From positions 103,540,001 to 103,604,000 of the forward strand of contig NC_043001.1 of assembly GCF_006345805.1 (NCBI RefSeq): a stretch of DNA of 64,000 bases, written 5' to 3'. Positions 26,999 to 39,915 of the stretch are shown piece after piece (the stretch's first letter is position 1; every line of letters starts with the position of its first letter). Below the pieces are notes generated by a model that saw only the letters and a program-made list of their open reading frames with translations, made no database searches and had not been told where the DNA came from. Origin of the DNA: Octopus sinensis (taxonomy: Eukaryota). Made by a program: the position numbers and the translations under genes.

Positions 26999-27027
26999 GA
27001 GTATGTCTATGTGTGTGCGTGTATATA

Positions 27028-28293
27028 TTAGGTTGTTCCGAAAATAATGGCCAATTTCAGAAACATAATTCTATTCTGGAAAAATTAACAATAGAAATGT
27101 TTTGATTAGTCAAAGTATGAGCCGTGAACATGAATGAATCTCTGCCATCGATATAACGAGATTATTTATGTCGCGGTGATAAAAACTTATTGGCTTTGAT
27201 GCTAAGAAATCTTTGAAAGCTGATTCCACCTCTGGTTTGGACCTGAAAGTTTTATCACTTAATAGCGTGTTTAAATGCTTTAAAAAACACTGTAGTCAGT
27301 GGGTGAAAGATTAGGAAAATATGGAGGATGTGATAAAGTGTCGTATCCCAAGTCTGTGAGTTTCTGTAGCGTCATTCTTACAACATGTGGCCTTGCTTTA
27401 TCGTGGAACAGAATTAGGCCACGCCGATTCATCAATGCAGATCTCATTTTTTGGGCAAGTGAGTATGCATTTCAGCGAGTTGATTGCAGTGAACCTCTGC
27501 TGTAATGCTCTGATTGACTTCCAGAAAGCTGTAATGGACAACCCCTCTTGTAGATCACCAGACAGTCACCATAATCTTTTGCTGATGCAACGTTCGCTTT
27601 GGGAAATGTTTGGGAAACTCATCACGATCAAGCCATTGGCCTGGTCGTTTACGGTTATCACAAAGGATCTACTTTTCGTCACAAGCGAGTATTCGGTCAA
27701 GAAAAGGAGCATTAGTGTTTCGCAGAAAGAGCATCGACCACACTTCAAAACGTCGAACTTTTTTATTTTCATTGAGCTCATGCGGTACCCATTTATCGAG
27801 CTTTTTCACCTTACCAATCTTCTGCAGATTGCATAGGACCGTTGTAATATGAACACCAAATGCCTGAAACATTTCTCTGACACTTTGACATGGGTTTTGC
27901 TTTCAATTGTTCAGTTTCAAGCCTGCACGACCGTCCTCTACCATCTTCATCTTCACAACTACGGAAACTCTGAAATCGCCTTCATACTGTGCGATCACTT
28001 GTGGACCCCTCTCCCCATGCTCTGTTGATATTGACAACAATTTGGGAGACATTGTGCCCAAGCTTGAACTTATACAAGAAAAGTAAGCGAAGGTCCTGTT
28101 TTGTCATGTTCATAATTAAGGGCGCCTATGCTTCAAGAATGTTTTCTGTCTGAAATAAGTAGAAACTTATTAAAGAGCATACATCAATTATTAAGTATGT
28201 CGAAATTCACCTAAAATATAATTAAAATACTATGATAAAATTGTTTTTCAAAACACAACACTTAGAGCGGCCATTATTTTTGGAACAACCTAA
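27028..28293 (-). mobile_element. Full-length but inactivated mariner (DD34D) transposon
   Basis: TIRs TTAGGTTGTTCC(G/A)AAAATAATGGCC at both ends with TA flanks (27026-27, 28294-95). Minus frames give WVPHEL, CDEK, HDKARPH and HPPYFPNLSPTDY. Stops and frameshifts are present. Confidence 0.95.
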
Positions 28294-28473
28294 TATATGC
28301 ACACACACACATGCAGAACATTCATACACATATTCATACATACATATACATACACATATTCATATACATATTCATATATAAATGTGTGTGTGTGTGCGTG
28401 TGTGTGTGTAGACACTGTATTCATGCAAGCATATATCTATCATTGAATGTAGTAGAGATACATACATATATAT

Positions 28474-28546
<73 letters not shown>

Positions 28547-28573
28547 TATATATATATATACACGTATGTATGT

Positions 28574-28640
<67 letters not shown>

Positions 28641-28729
28641 CACATGTATGTGTATGTGTGTGAATATGTGTATGAGTCAAAGAAAAGAAACATTTGTTTT
28701 TGAAGCATTAATTTTAATAATATTCTTAC

Positions 28730-28810
28730 CTGTTGTTGCTCGTTTAGTTCTTGGTTGTCTGACGAGGCTGGAGCCGCCCCGCTGTGAAGCTTGCGACTAA
28801 GCTTCATGAT
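28730..28810 (-). CDS. Coding exon ([27 protein letters not shown])
   Basis: Acceptor TTAATTTTTCTATTTACAG, donor CAG|GTAAGA, 81 nt = 27 codons, phase 0-0, GC-rich against AT-rich flanks. Confidence 0.78.
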
Positions 28811-29369
28811 CTGTAAATAGAAAAATTAACCAAAAATATGACGAAACCAAAATAATATTTGTTCTGTTAAAAGGTACAATATAAACCATTAAGATTATAT
28901 AAATATTTATATTTCAAAATTCTAGGCAGAAACTGTTCCTATATTACGAATTTCGAACCGTAGTATTCCGCATTGAATTTTTATGCCTGATATGTCCATC
29001 ATTTAATTTTACTTTGGAAGGGTCTGACTTGAAGGAGATTTGGTCGCTACTATTAGAAATGCCAACATCTGCGTAAAGGTAACTTGTCGTTTACGAAAGA
29101 ATTTATATTTCCGGTTGAATCGAAATTTTTTCAGTGACGTCACACGAATAACTTCCACGGGAAGAAAGTGAGTAAGTATTATTTCATACATTCGGTGTTA
29201 GGCTTTACAAATTTGAAAGATGGTGCCTAAGTAATCCTTATTAATATATATTTAATGCAAGCAATGTATCAAAGATTTTAAAACTCGCGCCTAACAATTT
29301 TACTAAGGCCAATAATACTCCCCATTTCATTCTCACTCGAAAACAGGATCTTACGATTATGTTTATCTT

Positions 29370-29720
29370 ATATGTTTATATTTCGTGGATCAAGTGCAAA
29401 TATCAGTTTGGTGCCAAGTGCGAATAAGAGCACAAAAATCTCAGATAGGAAAAGGGTGTGGAAGGAAACCAAATCGCCGTCGTACGGATTAACAAAGGGT
29501 GCGTTCAGATCTACGGTAAAGAGGCCTGTTCGAAAAGTATATTGCAGTCTTCAGCCAATGTGAATATACGCATCAATAAACCTGCGAATTCCTTCAGAAG
29601 GAGTGGGGTGGAATGACAAAGGATGCGTATCCCAGAATCCTAAAGCGAGTTCAGGAGTGAACAACCGATAAGGATTGGAAATGGAAAGCAGAATGGCGGT
29701 TGCTTTTGATAGGGCCCTAT
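29370..29720 (-). mobile_element. Possible degenerate Penelope-like coding fragment
   Basis: Minus-frame KLIFALDPRNINI weakly resembles the end of PLE ORFs; shares a motif with 14430-14446. Confidence 0.35.
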
Positions 29721-29800
29721 GGAGGAGGTGATTGAGGACTTTACCTCCTCGACCCTCAGAGGAATAGTGTGTGAAGAAGATGAATGGAGAGAGGGATTTC

Positions 29801-30028
29801 TTTTATTCTTTTACTTGTTTCAGTCATTTGACTGCAGCCATGCTGGAATACCGCCTTTTAGTCGAAGAAAGCGACCCTTGGACTTATTCTTTATAATCCT
29901 GGTACTTATTCTATCGGCCTCTTTGCTGAATCATTAAGTTATGAGGACGCAAACACACCAACATCGGTTGTCAAGCGATGGGGGGGGGGCGAACAAACGC
30001 AGACACAAAGACACTTAAATTTACATAT

Positions 30029-30061
<33 letters not shown>

Positions 30062-30158
30062 GTACAACGGGCTTCTTTCAGTTTCCATCTACCAAATCCA
30101 ATAACAAGGCCTTGGTCGATCAAGGCTATAATAGAAGACACTTTCCCAAGGTGTCACA
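29801..30158 (-). mobile_element. SINE family A, head truncated
   Basis: Homologous to 9421-9809. Confidence 0.8.
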
Positions 30159-30259
30159 TACACACACACTCTCTCTCTTTCTCTCGTTTAACATGCACAC
30201 AGTCACACACACACGCACACATATAATTAAATATATGTACATATATATATATACATATA

Positions 30260-30311
<52 letters not shown>

Positions 30312-30435
30312 AATAGACATATATATGTATGTATATATATATATACATATATGCAAATATTTATATATATATATATATATGCATATATTTATATATATAT
30401 ATGCATATATATATATATATACATACATACATACA

Positions 30436-30467
<32 letters not shown>

Positions 30468-31034
30468 CATACATACATGCATACATACATACAGTATATG
30501 CATATATAATCGAGAGGTACAGATTTCTGTGTGGGTGTATATGGTAGGTGCGTGTGCACACATTTATCGATGCACTCAAACATACATACGTATATATCAT
30601 CTATGAAATGCGTTTATACTAAATGCTACTTAGAGTTTCTTTGATGAAATTAGAACGTTTTCTTTATGATATCATTTGATCTTTTATACACACACACACA
30701 CACATACACACATATATATATATATATATATATGTTGTGTGTGTGAGAGATAAAGGAAGAAATATATCAGTAAGAAATTACTTCCGCCCCAGCTGGATCA
30801 ATACATCAATTTGTACTGATTCAATTTTCATTAAATCGAAATGGACTCGAATTTTCTCTTTTTTTTTGTTTTTGTGGAGTCATTTGTAAGACATACCGTC
30901 GAGTGTCGCCTTTGATGTGTTAGGAATCTCTAAGCAAACGCGACTAGTAATTTGTATAACAACGACAACGGAAGGAGAACGAATAGTATAATATAAAAAC
31001 AAGTGCTTCATTTCATGAAAGTAAATCCTTCCTA

Positions 31035-31430
31035 CTAAAGGCACAAGGCCTGAAATTTTGGGAGAGGGTACTAGTCTATTACATCGACCCCAGTATTCAT
31101 CTGGTACTTAATTTATCGACCCCGAAAGGATAAAAGGCAAAGTCGACCTCAGCTGAGTTTGAACTCAGAATGTAGCGGTGGACGAAATACCTATTTCTTT
31201 ACTACTCACAAGGGGCTAAACACAGAGAGAACAAGCAAGGACAGACAAACGGATTAAGTCGATTATATCGACCCCAGTGCATAACTGGTACTTATTTAAT
31301 CGACCCCGAAAGGATGAAAGGCAAAGTCGACCTCGTTGGAATTTGAACTCAGAACGTAACGGCAGACGAAATACCGCTAAGCATTTTTTGCCCGGCGTGC
31401 TAAAGATTCTGCCAGCTCGCCGCCTTCTTC
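31035..31430 (-). mobile_element. Two nested or tandem SINE family B copies
   Basis: Repeated ATCGACCCCAG...GAAAGGAT.AAAGGCAAAGTCGACCTC blocks. Confidence 0.8.
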
Positions 31431-31482
31431 ATGAAAGTAAATAAATTTCCGAATAATATAGATCCATTATATCTGTGACTAG

Positions 31483-31640
31483 TGGAGGCACATGGCCTAG
31501 TGGTTAGAGCAGCGGACTCGCGGTCGAGGGATCGCGGGTTCGAATCGTAGAGCGGGCGATGTGTGTGTTTATGAACGAAACACCTAAGCTCCACGCGGCT
31601 CCGGCAGAAGTAATGGCAAACTTCTACTGACTATTTCGCC
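31483..31640 (+). mobile_element. SINE family C head
   Basis: TGGCCTAGTGG A box, GGTTCGAATC B box and family C downstream motif. Confidence 0.75.
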
Positions 31641-32065
31641 ATAACTGGAAAGGCTTTGCTTATCGAACACAATGGTGAAACAACAGCAACAACAAAAGCA
31701 AAATGCTTTGTTCCAATAGCAACGAGAAAGATATGAAGTCTAAGGGAAGAATAAAAACAAAATCGATGTAGCAGCAGCAGCAATGTAATTAATTATTTCT
31801 TTTGATTAAATATAAGGCGATTTGTAGAGCATTCGATCTAATGAGCTTCATGTGTGTGTGTGTGTGTGTGTGAATATATATAATTTATATGTCAGTGCAT
31901 ATGTCTACAATTATGTGCTTTAACTACAGCATTAGAGTTTTTTAGCACTTATTTCTAGCAATGTCGGTGTTCCAACACCTTGGTCATATTTAGTGGCAGT
32001 TCTAGTCGTCCTTTCTGGTAAAACATTGCATACTGCTATCTGCATTAATACATATGTGTGTATGT

Positions 32066-32105
<40 letters not shown>

Positions 32106-32204
32106 CATATATTATATATACATACACACACACACATACAACACCCACACATACATACATACATACATACATACATACCTACATACTACATACATACATA
32201 CATA

Positions 32205-32245
<41 letters not shown>

Positions 32246-32275
32246 TATTTAGTGTCCAGCAGTGAGCATCCAAAC

Positions 32276-32366
32276 AAGTGGTTCCCAAATCTTTTATTTA
32301 AATAAGTTTCCCTACGGACCCCTTTTAATATACGTATTCTTATGTGTTTGTGTATATATATATATA

Positions 32367-32400
<34 letters not shown>

Positions 32401-32485
32401 GGAAATTTTGAATTGAGTTCACGGACCCGCAGTACTACTTTTGCAGACCGCCAGGGATCCGCGGGCCTCAGGTTGGGAACCACTG
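32276..32485. mobile_element. hAT (Charlie-type) MITE with internal (TA)n
   Basis: TIRs AGTGGTTCCCAA / TTGGGAACCACTG; degenerate 8-bp TSD ATCCAAAC (32268-75) vs ATCTATAC (32486-93). Confidence 0.8.
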
Positions 32486-32890
32486 ATCTATACGGTCACT
32501 CGACCTGCTGGAAATATAGACTAAAGTTTTCAATTTCCATCACAGTTGTTACTTCTTGACGGCCAGCTTGACACGAGTGATAACGTATAGTCTGTCTACA
32601 ACATGTAGGTCCATTGTTTTTGTTCATATTTTTTTTTAATAAACCATTATTTCACGTTGCTTTAGTTTACTTGCTTCCTGGAAATATGAACGAGATCATT
32701 GAGATATGCTCAATCTGACATCACACTCTTTCACCTATTATCTCGAGTTACTTTCCTATTGGGCCTGGAAGTTTGTTCTACCCACACACTGTTCTGCTGA
32801 AGGCCATTGTGCACAAATATATCACAGCAGGTGACCTTTTGCATTCATCATGTCAGAGGATGACATGATAATGTAATGCCTGATATACAT

Positions 32891-32922
<32 letters not shown>

Positions 32923-32950
32923 GCATATATATATATATATATATACACAT

Positions 32951-32989
<39 letters not shown>

Positions 32990-32996
32990 CATATAT

Positions 32997-33027
<31 letters not shown>

Positions 33028-33753
33028 GTGAATCCAAGAAAACGAAAAAAAACGAAGAACAAACACAAAAAACAACGCGAGGACGTGATGCATGTAAAAT
33101 ATTAGCAGACGCTCAGAGAAGGAAAGTAAGGTGGCTTTACACTTTGAGCAAGGCTCTCCTTCAGGAAGATAGGGTGGGGTGGGGTGGGGGAATAATCAAC
33201 GATTCACATGTGGTTACATTTTGAAATGACCCCTACCCCTGGCCTCCGACAGACTTTGAGTAGTAATTCGCGGAAATTCTTTCTACCATCGGATTACATT
33301 ACCTTGTTCATTCGGAATATCCCATTTATGCAGATTGATTATGAATCACGCACACACACACACACCACACATATATATATATATATATATAATATATATA
33401 CATATATACACACACACACACATATATATATATATAGTGAATCCAAGAAAACGAAAAAAACGAAGAACAAACACAAAAAACAACGCGAGGACGTGATGCA
33501 TGTAAAATATTAGCAGACGCTCAGAGAAGGAAAGTAAGGTGGTTTTACACTTTGAGCAAGGCTCTCCTTCAGGAAGATGGGGGTGGGGTGGGGGAATAAT
33601 CAACGATTCACATGTGGTTACATTTTGAAATGACCCCTACCCCTGGCCTTCTGACAGACTTTGGAGTATGTAATTCGCGGAAATTCTTTCTACCATCGGA
33701 TTACATTACCTTGTTCATTCGGAATATCCCATTTATGCAGATTGATTATGAAT

Positions 33754-33760
<7 letters not shown>
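33028..33760 (-). repeat. Tandem duplication (~410-bp period) containing a Penelope-like tail with decayed hammerhead
   Basis: 33028-33355 is nearly identical to 33437-33760; minus CTGAAGGAGAGCCTTGCTCAAAGTGTAAA matches 57085-57111. Confidence 0.85.
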
Positions 33761-33790
<30 letters not shown>

Positions 33791-36700
33791 TATATATATA
33801 TATATATAAACAGACGAGATGTCATGATTGTAATACCATGATTAGCGAATGTTCTTGAGGTGTCAAATACGACTAAAAACAATACCTCCGCCTTCGCTAA
33901 GGCAGATGTAATAATGTCAGCATTTGTTTCACTAGACCACTCGCAGATGAGAAGTACTGTTTAACAAAGTGACACTTGACTATTCTTATCGAACGCAGAA
34001 AGGTGACTAGCAGCGAGTACCCCCATTTGGCGACGGACGAGGATTGCGCAGTTTCTTGCCGAACAACCACACAGATGGTTTGTTTCTAGTGATCAAATAC
34101 TTGTATTCACATAAGCTCACTCTCTCCATTAAATGGACATTACCTGTACAGGTGCTCAAGCGTACCACACGTCAGCTGTTGCAACGTGAAAGGAAATGTT
34201 TTGCTCAAGAGCACAACGTAATGCCCGGTCAGGGAAACAAAACCACGATTTCACGGTTGTGAGTTAGGGTTGGGGATCATCAGAAGAACAAATGGAATGT
34301 GCCAACATTCATGGATATATTTAGGGCTTTAGCTAAATTCATGAAGTTTCTTAATGAAGCAACATTGTACTTTCGGCTCACCGGGAACTCTCTTTATGAT
34401 ACGCTTAATAACAAATATTAATTTTTAACTTTTGTAACAGTCTAGATTTAAAGGTCTGTGTATTAGCTGTGCATTGTAGATTACTGGTATTTTTTTTATC
34501 TACCACTGCATGGATGAACTCTGAAAGTTGGTTCCAAAGCTTACTAGCATAAGACAATTGGTTCGGTTGTTGACAGTGTTTGTCACTCAGTTAACATTCT
34601 AGTAAGAAACAAACATTAAAAGACAAAACACATAAAGTAATGAATTCTAAATAATTCTCGTGAGACATTTTCTTACCAGAATGATATTCTCTCGTTGAAC
34701 TTTCTGAACAGAATTTTTTTTCAACTTCAAATGTGCAGAAATATAACAGATATAGAAAATGCGCAGATTATTATCGAACAGAATATATAGTTTTTCAGGT
34801 GTGTTTATATTCGGGTTAACACTTCTGTGAAAAGAATTATATTTTTCTTCAGTTCATTATATATTCGCTGAAAACTTCATTGCACAAAATATCGCAGTTC
34901 ATTCTGTAACTTTCCAGGAAAACATCTATAATAAGCTTGCAAGAATATGGAGCATTTTCTTGCAAAAGGCCACCTGGTTCGATATACCTGTGCACGATGA
35001 GCTTAATAGAACAGCATGCGATTAGAACTTTTGGACCAATAGGAAAGTGGCAGCAGATAATAAGCTTAGTGGTGGGATGAGAGGGTGGGCGTTTATAGAT
35101 GATCTCGTTCATATTTCCAAACTGCAGTAACGTAAAATAAATCATTCACTAAAACAAAAAAGGCAAACAAAAAAAGAATAAAACCAATGAATTGCCTTGC
35201 TCTCGACAGAAAATGCATCATTAATGTCTAGGCCTCTAAGAAGTGATAACTGATAAAAATTGATGGGGATTCCAAGGAGAGAGAATCACGAAGTCAGGAG
35301 CTAGTAAAGGATTTTTGGATTTTTCCTTCTATTGAAATAATTCATTGCAATTAGTCAAATGAACACCATCTTAAAGTTTCAGAAAAAGTATTCTCTTGCT
35401 AGCTTGTACAGGTTAAGCCTGACATAATCAATATTATACAATGCCAAGTCACGTTTTCATGCTGCTTTTCCTTCTTTCTTTCATGCGATAACGTTATAGG
35501 AGTGTAGGGGAAAGCATTAGCTCTGCTGAGAGGGGTGAAAGTGAAAGAAAGAATTTAAAGAATTTATGGATTCGACGAATAGATAGATAGGTAGGAGATT
35601 GACAGAGTGTGGGTGAGAAAGATAGAAAGAAAGAGCTAACAATCAGCCATGGAACGAGACAGAGAGTTAGACGAGCAGACGATAGAACGAGTAAGAGGAG
35701 GAAATAGTGTAAGGGAAGAGAAGAGTGGTGACAAAAAAATGAGCTCTAGAAATGTAGGGGAATCAGAAAGGCAACGGAATAAAATAACAGACAATATAGA
35801 TAATGAGTGACTAATAGAAAAGAATAAAGAGGTAAATAGAGGAACATTAACGGATGATATCAAAGTCTGTACAGGAAAGAAGAGGTTGAATAAGAAGGAA
35901 AGCGGTGGAGGTAAATTTTGACAGAAATGAAAAAGGAAGAGAATTATAACATATAAAAAGATATGAAGAAAATAAATGATGAAGCAAATACGTCATAGAT
36001 TAAGGGAGAAGATGGTAAAAGAAGGGGTAAAGAGGTAACTCAAAGATATAACAAAGGATTTCGATATAAAAGAAAAAAAACAAAGACTTGGATCGTGCTA
36101 ATGTAGCGTAATGACATAACGCATAATCTGATTGTGATATTTTCTTACTACGAATTCATTCTATCTACCGTTTAATATATAAGTTTGAAAAGAAGATGAA
36201 GATAGAGTAGGAGTCTAAATAAACTTATCTATTCTAATGAAAGTTTATGCATTGATTTAATATTATATTCATCAACATGAACTCATGACATAAATATACA
36301 TATTTGATTTCCTCTTATCTTCAAATTGTGGGTTTTCTTTTGGGTAACTCTTGTAGTTAACAGAACAGTTCCCCCGCCTCTTCAGAAACAGTAAAATAAA
36401 AAACAAACAAACATAATAAGCGAAACAATACTAATGAGGTAAACTATTGTCAGTCTCTTGAAACAAATAAAAAAAAACCCCACATCAAAAAACTATACAA
36501 CATAAACATATAGATACATAACAACGACTGTTGTATGCAGTGGTATGGAATTAGGTAAACTTTCAGCCGTTGGCTGCTGAAATACAGCTCAGCTAACAAT
36601 CAATAACAAATTACGCGTAGGAACACTGACAACTATACACACATACATACATACATACATACATACATACATACATAATACTACATACACACATACATAC

Positions 36701-37142
36701 ATACATACATACTGTGTATGTTTATAAACACATCACACATATATATATGCATATATATTTGTATATATTTGCATATATATATATATAATATATATATATA
36801 TGAATATAATATATATATATATATAAAGATATATATATGTATATATATTTGCATATATAATATATATATATAATATATATATAAAGATATATTATATGTA
36901 TATATTTGCATATATATATATATATATATATAATATATATATTATATATATATATACAATATGCATAACTCAACAAATTTGAAGCAGATATGCTTCATAT
37001 GGTTAGGAGCATTAAATTCTCCAAATATAAATTCCCCTTTCGAAAACAAATTTAATAAACCATAAGATTGTACCTATATCTTTTTCCTCATAAATGTCCG
37101 AAAACTCCTCACAGCCTTGGCTTTGTTATCTCATTTTGACTA

Positions 37143-37173
<31 letters not shown>

Positions 37174-37541
37174 TATATTATATATATAGATATATATATA
37201 TATAGATATATATATAATATATATATATGTATATATCATTTTATTATATTATATTAAATATATATATATATACATATATATATGCGCACACAAACATTTT
37301 GTGTCTGTAAAGTCACGGTTGGGTTTCAAAGTTATTTGTTGATATAACTTGCAACGCAAGTTACATCAACAGATTACATCTTCATGTTGAATAAGAGAGC
37401 AGCTACTAAAGCTTATGTACAGTTCAATGCAGTTCGATGTGGCTTCCATTTGCTACCCTACATCCATCTAATCGATACTTTAGTTGGTTGAGTAAAGAAA
37501 TGACTTTGCGGACACACTGTGTATGCACATTATACATACAC

Positions 37542-37940
37542 AGGCGCAGCGGGCGTGGTTGCGTGGTAAAAAGCTTGCTTCCCGACCACATTGTCCCGGC
37601 TTCAGTCTCGTACCTTGCATAAATGTCTTCTACTATAGCCTCTCCCCGAACAAAGCCTTGCAAGTGGATGTGGTAGACGGAAACTGAAAGAAGCCCGTCG
37701 TATATTATCATCATCATCATCATCATCATCATTGTTTAACGTCTGCTTTCCATGCTGGCATGAGTTGGATGGTTTGGCAGTACCTTGCATAAATGTCTTC
37801 TACTATAGCCTCTCCCCGAACAAAGCCTTGCAAGTGGATGTGGTAGAGGGAAACTGAAAGAAGCCCGTCGTATATTATCATCATCATCATCATTGTTTAA
37901 CGTCTGCTTTCCATGCTGGCATGAGTTGGATGGTTTGGCA
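37542..37940 (+). mobile_element. SINE family A 5' part with local ~165-bp tandem duplication
   Basis: 37610-37779 is repeated at 37780-37940. Confidence 0.8.
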
Positions 37941-38460
37941 GGAGCTGCCAAAGCAGAAGACTGCACCATACTTCTCTGTAGACTGCACCATACTTCTGTG
38001 TAGCTGTGCAGAGTGGACTGAATGCTTTCTATGTGGCAGCAGCACAGGTTTCGACATGGTTTTAGTTTGGTAACCACAAAGGTATTATTTTCAAAGCTGT
38101 GCTCCAGCTAGCTTGTTTATAATTGGGACGGTTACTTAGTAGAATCAGTTTTGGCAGGGTTTTTACAGCTGGATGCCCTTCATAACACCAACCACTCAGA
38201 GTGGACTGAGTGCTTTTTACGTGGCACAAGCAGAGGCGAGGTCAGCTTTGGTAAGGGTTTTACAGCTGGATGCTCTTCCGAACACTAACCACTGTACAGT
38301 GTGGACTGGGTGCTTTTTAAGTGGCACCAGCACTTGCAGGGTCACCAAGTAACTTGCAAGACAAAGGACCTTTGAGAAGAAAAGGGACATTAGGACAGAA
38401 ACACGTGTGCTGCTGTTCAAGAGATACATGGTTTCCCAGCTAGAGGGAAAAGCAAGAGAG

Positions 38461-38498
<38 letters not shown>

Positions 38499-38815
38499 AG
38501 AGAGAGAAATTGAAAGACAGTAACTTGGATCTAAGTTAGAAACTGGTTCTTTCTCTATTGGCAAGAATCTTGAAATAAAACTGAACAATGATATGTGTGT
38601 GTGTATGGACGTATGTATATATATGTATAGATGTCTGAATATCTTTTATGTATATACATGTATATATGTACAGGTGAGTGGATAAATGAAAGAGATACTC
38701 AGCACATTGAGTAGGAGTTACGAATATTGTTATTCTTATTTAAGATGTTTGATTCGGCTCCATGCGACTCAGTTTCGTCGGCTTCTTACAGAAACCTAGC
38801 TCATGGGACGTGTGA

Positions 38816-38848
<33 letters not shown>

Positions 38849-39669
38849 AGTATGTGTGCGTGTCAATCAGTAATACCACACTAAACCAAACATTGAAAAG
38901 CATGTGTAAAAATATGCGAGATCTACGAGAGAAAAGTATGTAATGTGGAAAACAGACAGAAAAACTCGTGTAAAATTCAATTCGATGCAAATCCTCGCTT
39001 CTGAATGGCTGTTAACATTAGTTGACCGAACACAAATAGAAACCACATCATTTGTCAATATCGCTACTGAAGCTTTGATGCTGCAAATCTATAATCAGAG
39101 ATGTTCAACCCATGCTTTTCTTAGATATTCTATCTAGGAATACTTCATGTGTTCGTTTTTCTAAAGCGGTAGCATATAATTTGGGGCAGACCTTACTGCT
39201 TTAGCTAGCAGATTCAAAGCGCAATGGAGAAGCTCCAGCGTGGACTTGCTGTGTTATTCGGCTTCTGCTCTTCTCCGTCACGGGATCTAGGGTTTACATT
39301 CTTCTCTGTTTCACTTCTTGTTTTTAGATAGTAACATGTAATTTAAGGGAGAAGTTGACTGCTATTTCTAGCCGTTTAATCGACCGCATAGTGTCACTTC
39401 TTCCTGCTTCGATATCTTGTAGATTCCCTTATGTATTTTATGATGTTGGGTTGCAATACTTATATTTGAACATCTCCCCCACCAGTCTCTCTCTCTCTCT
39501 CTCTCTCTCTGTTAACCTTTCACTCTCCAGATATCTCTACAGAAATTACTCTCCCTGCTTACCTCTAACTACACCTCACCTTGCTCCATTTATCTACTTC
39601 AGTCTCTCTCTGTAATTACCTGACAACTTTTCTCCTTCACTGCCTCCCCTTAACTTTCTCTCTCACTCT

Positions 39670-39915
39670 CTTCCTCCCTCCCTCTGCCCACCTGCATCCT
39701 CCTTCTTCTCTCTCCCTTCCTCCCTCTGCCCACCTGCATCTTCCTTCTTCTCTCTCCCTCCCTCCCTCTGTCCACCTGCATCCTCCTTCTCTCTCCCATT
39801 CTCCCTCTGTCCACCTGCATCCTCCTCCTTCCCTCTCCCTTACTCCCTCTGCCCACCTGCATCCTCCTTCTTCTCTCTCCTTTCCTCCCTCCCTCTGTCC
39901 ACCTGCATCCTCCGT
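39670..39915. repeat. CT-rich minisatellite, 6 units of 39-46 bp
   Basis: CACCTGCATC at 39689, 39731, 39773, 39812, 39854 and 39900. Confidence 0.92.

Noticed and set aside
34677-34703. 27-nt minus microexon KVQRENIIL
   Set aside because: The donor is good, but the acceptor lacks a polypyrimidine tract; insufficient support.
38867-39058. Hydrophobic 63-aa minus ORF
   Set aside because: No convincing splice sites or recognisable motif.
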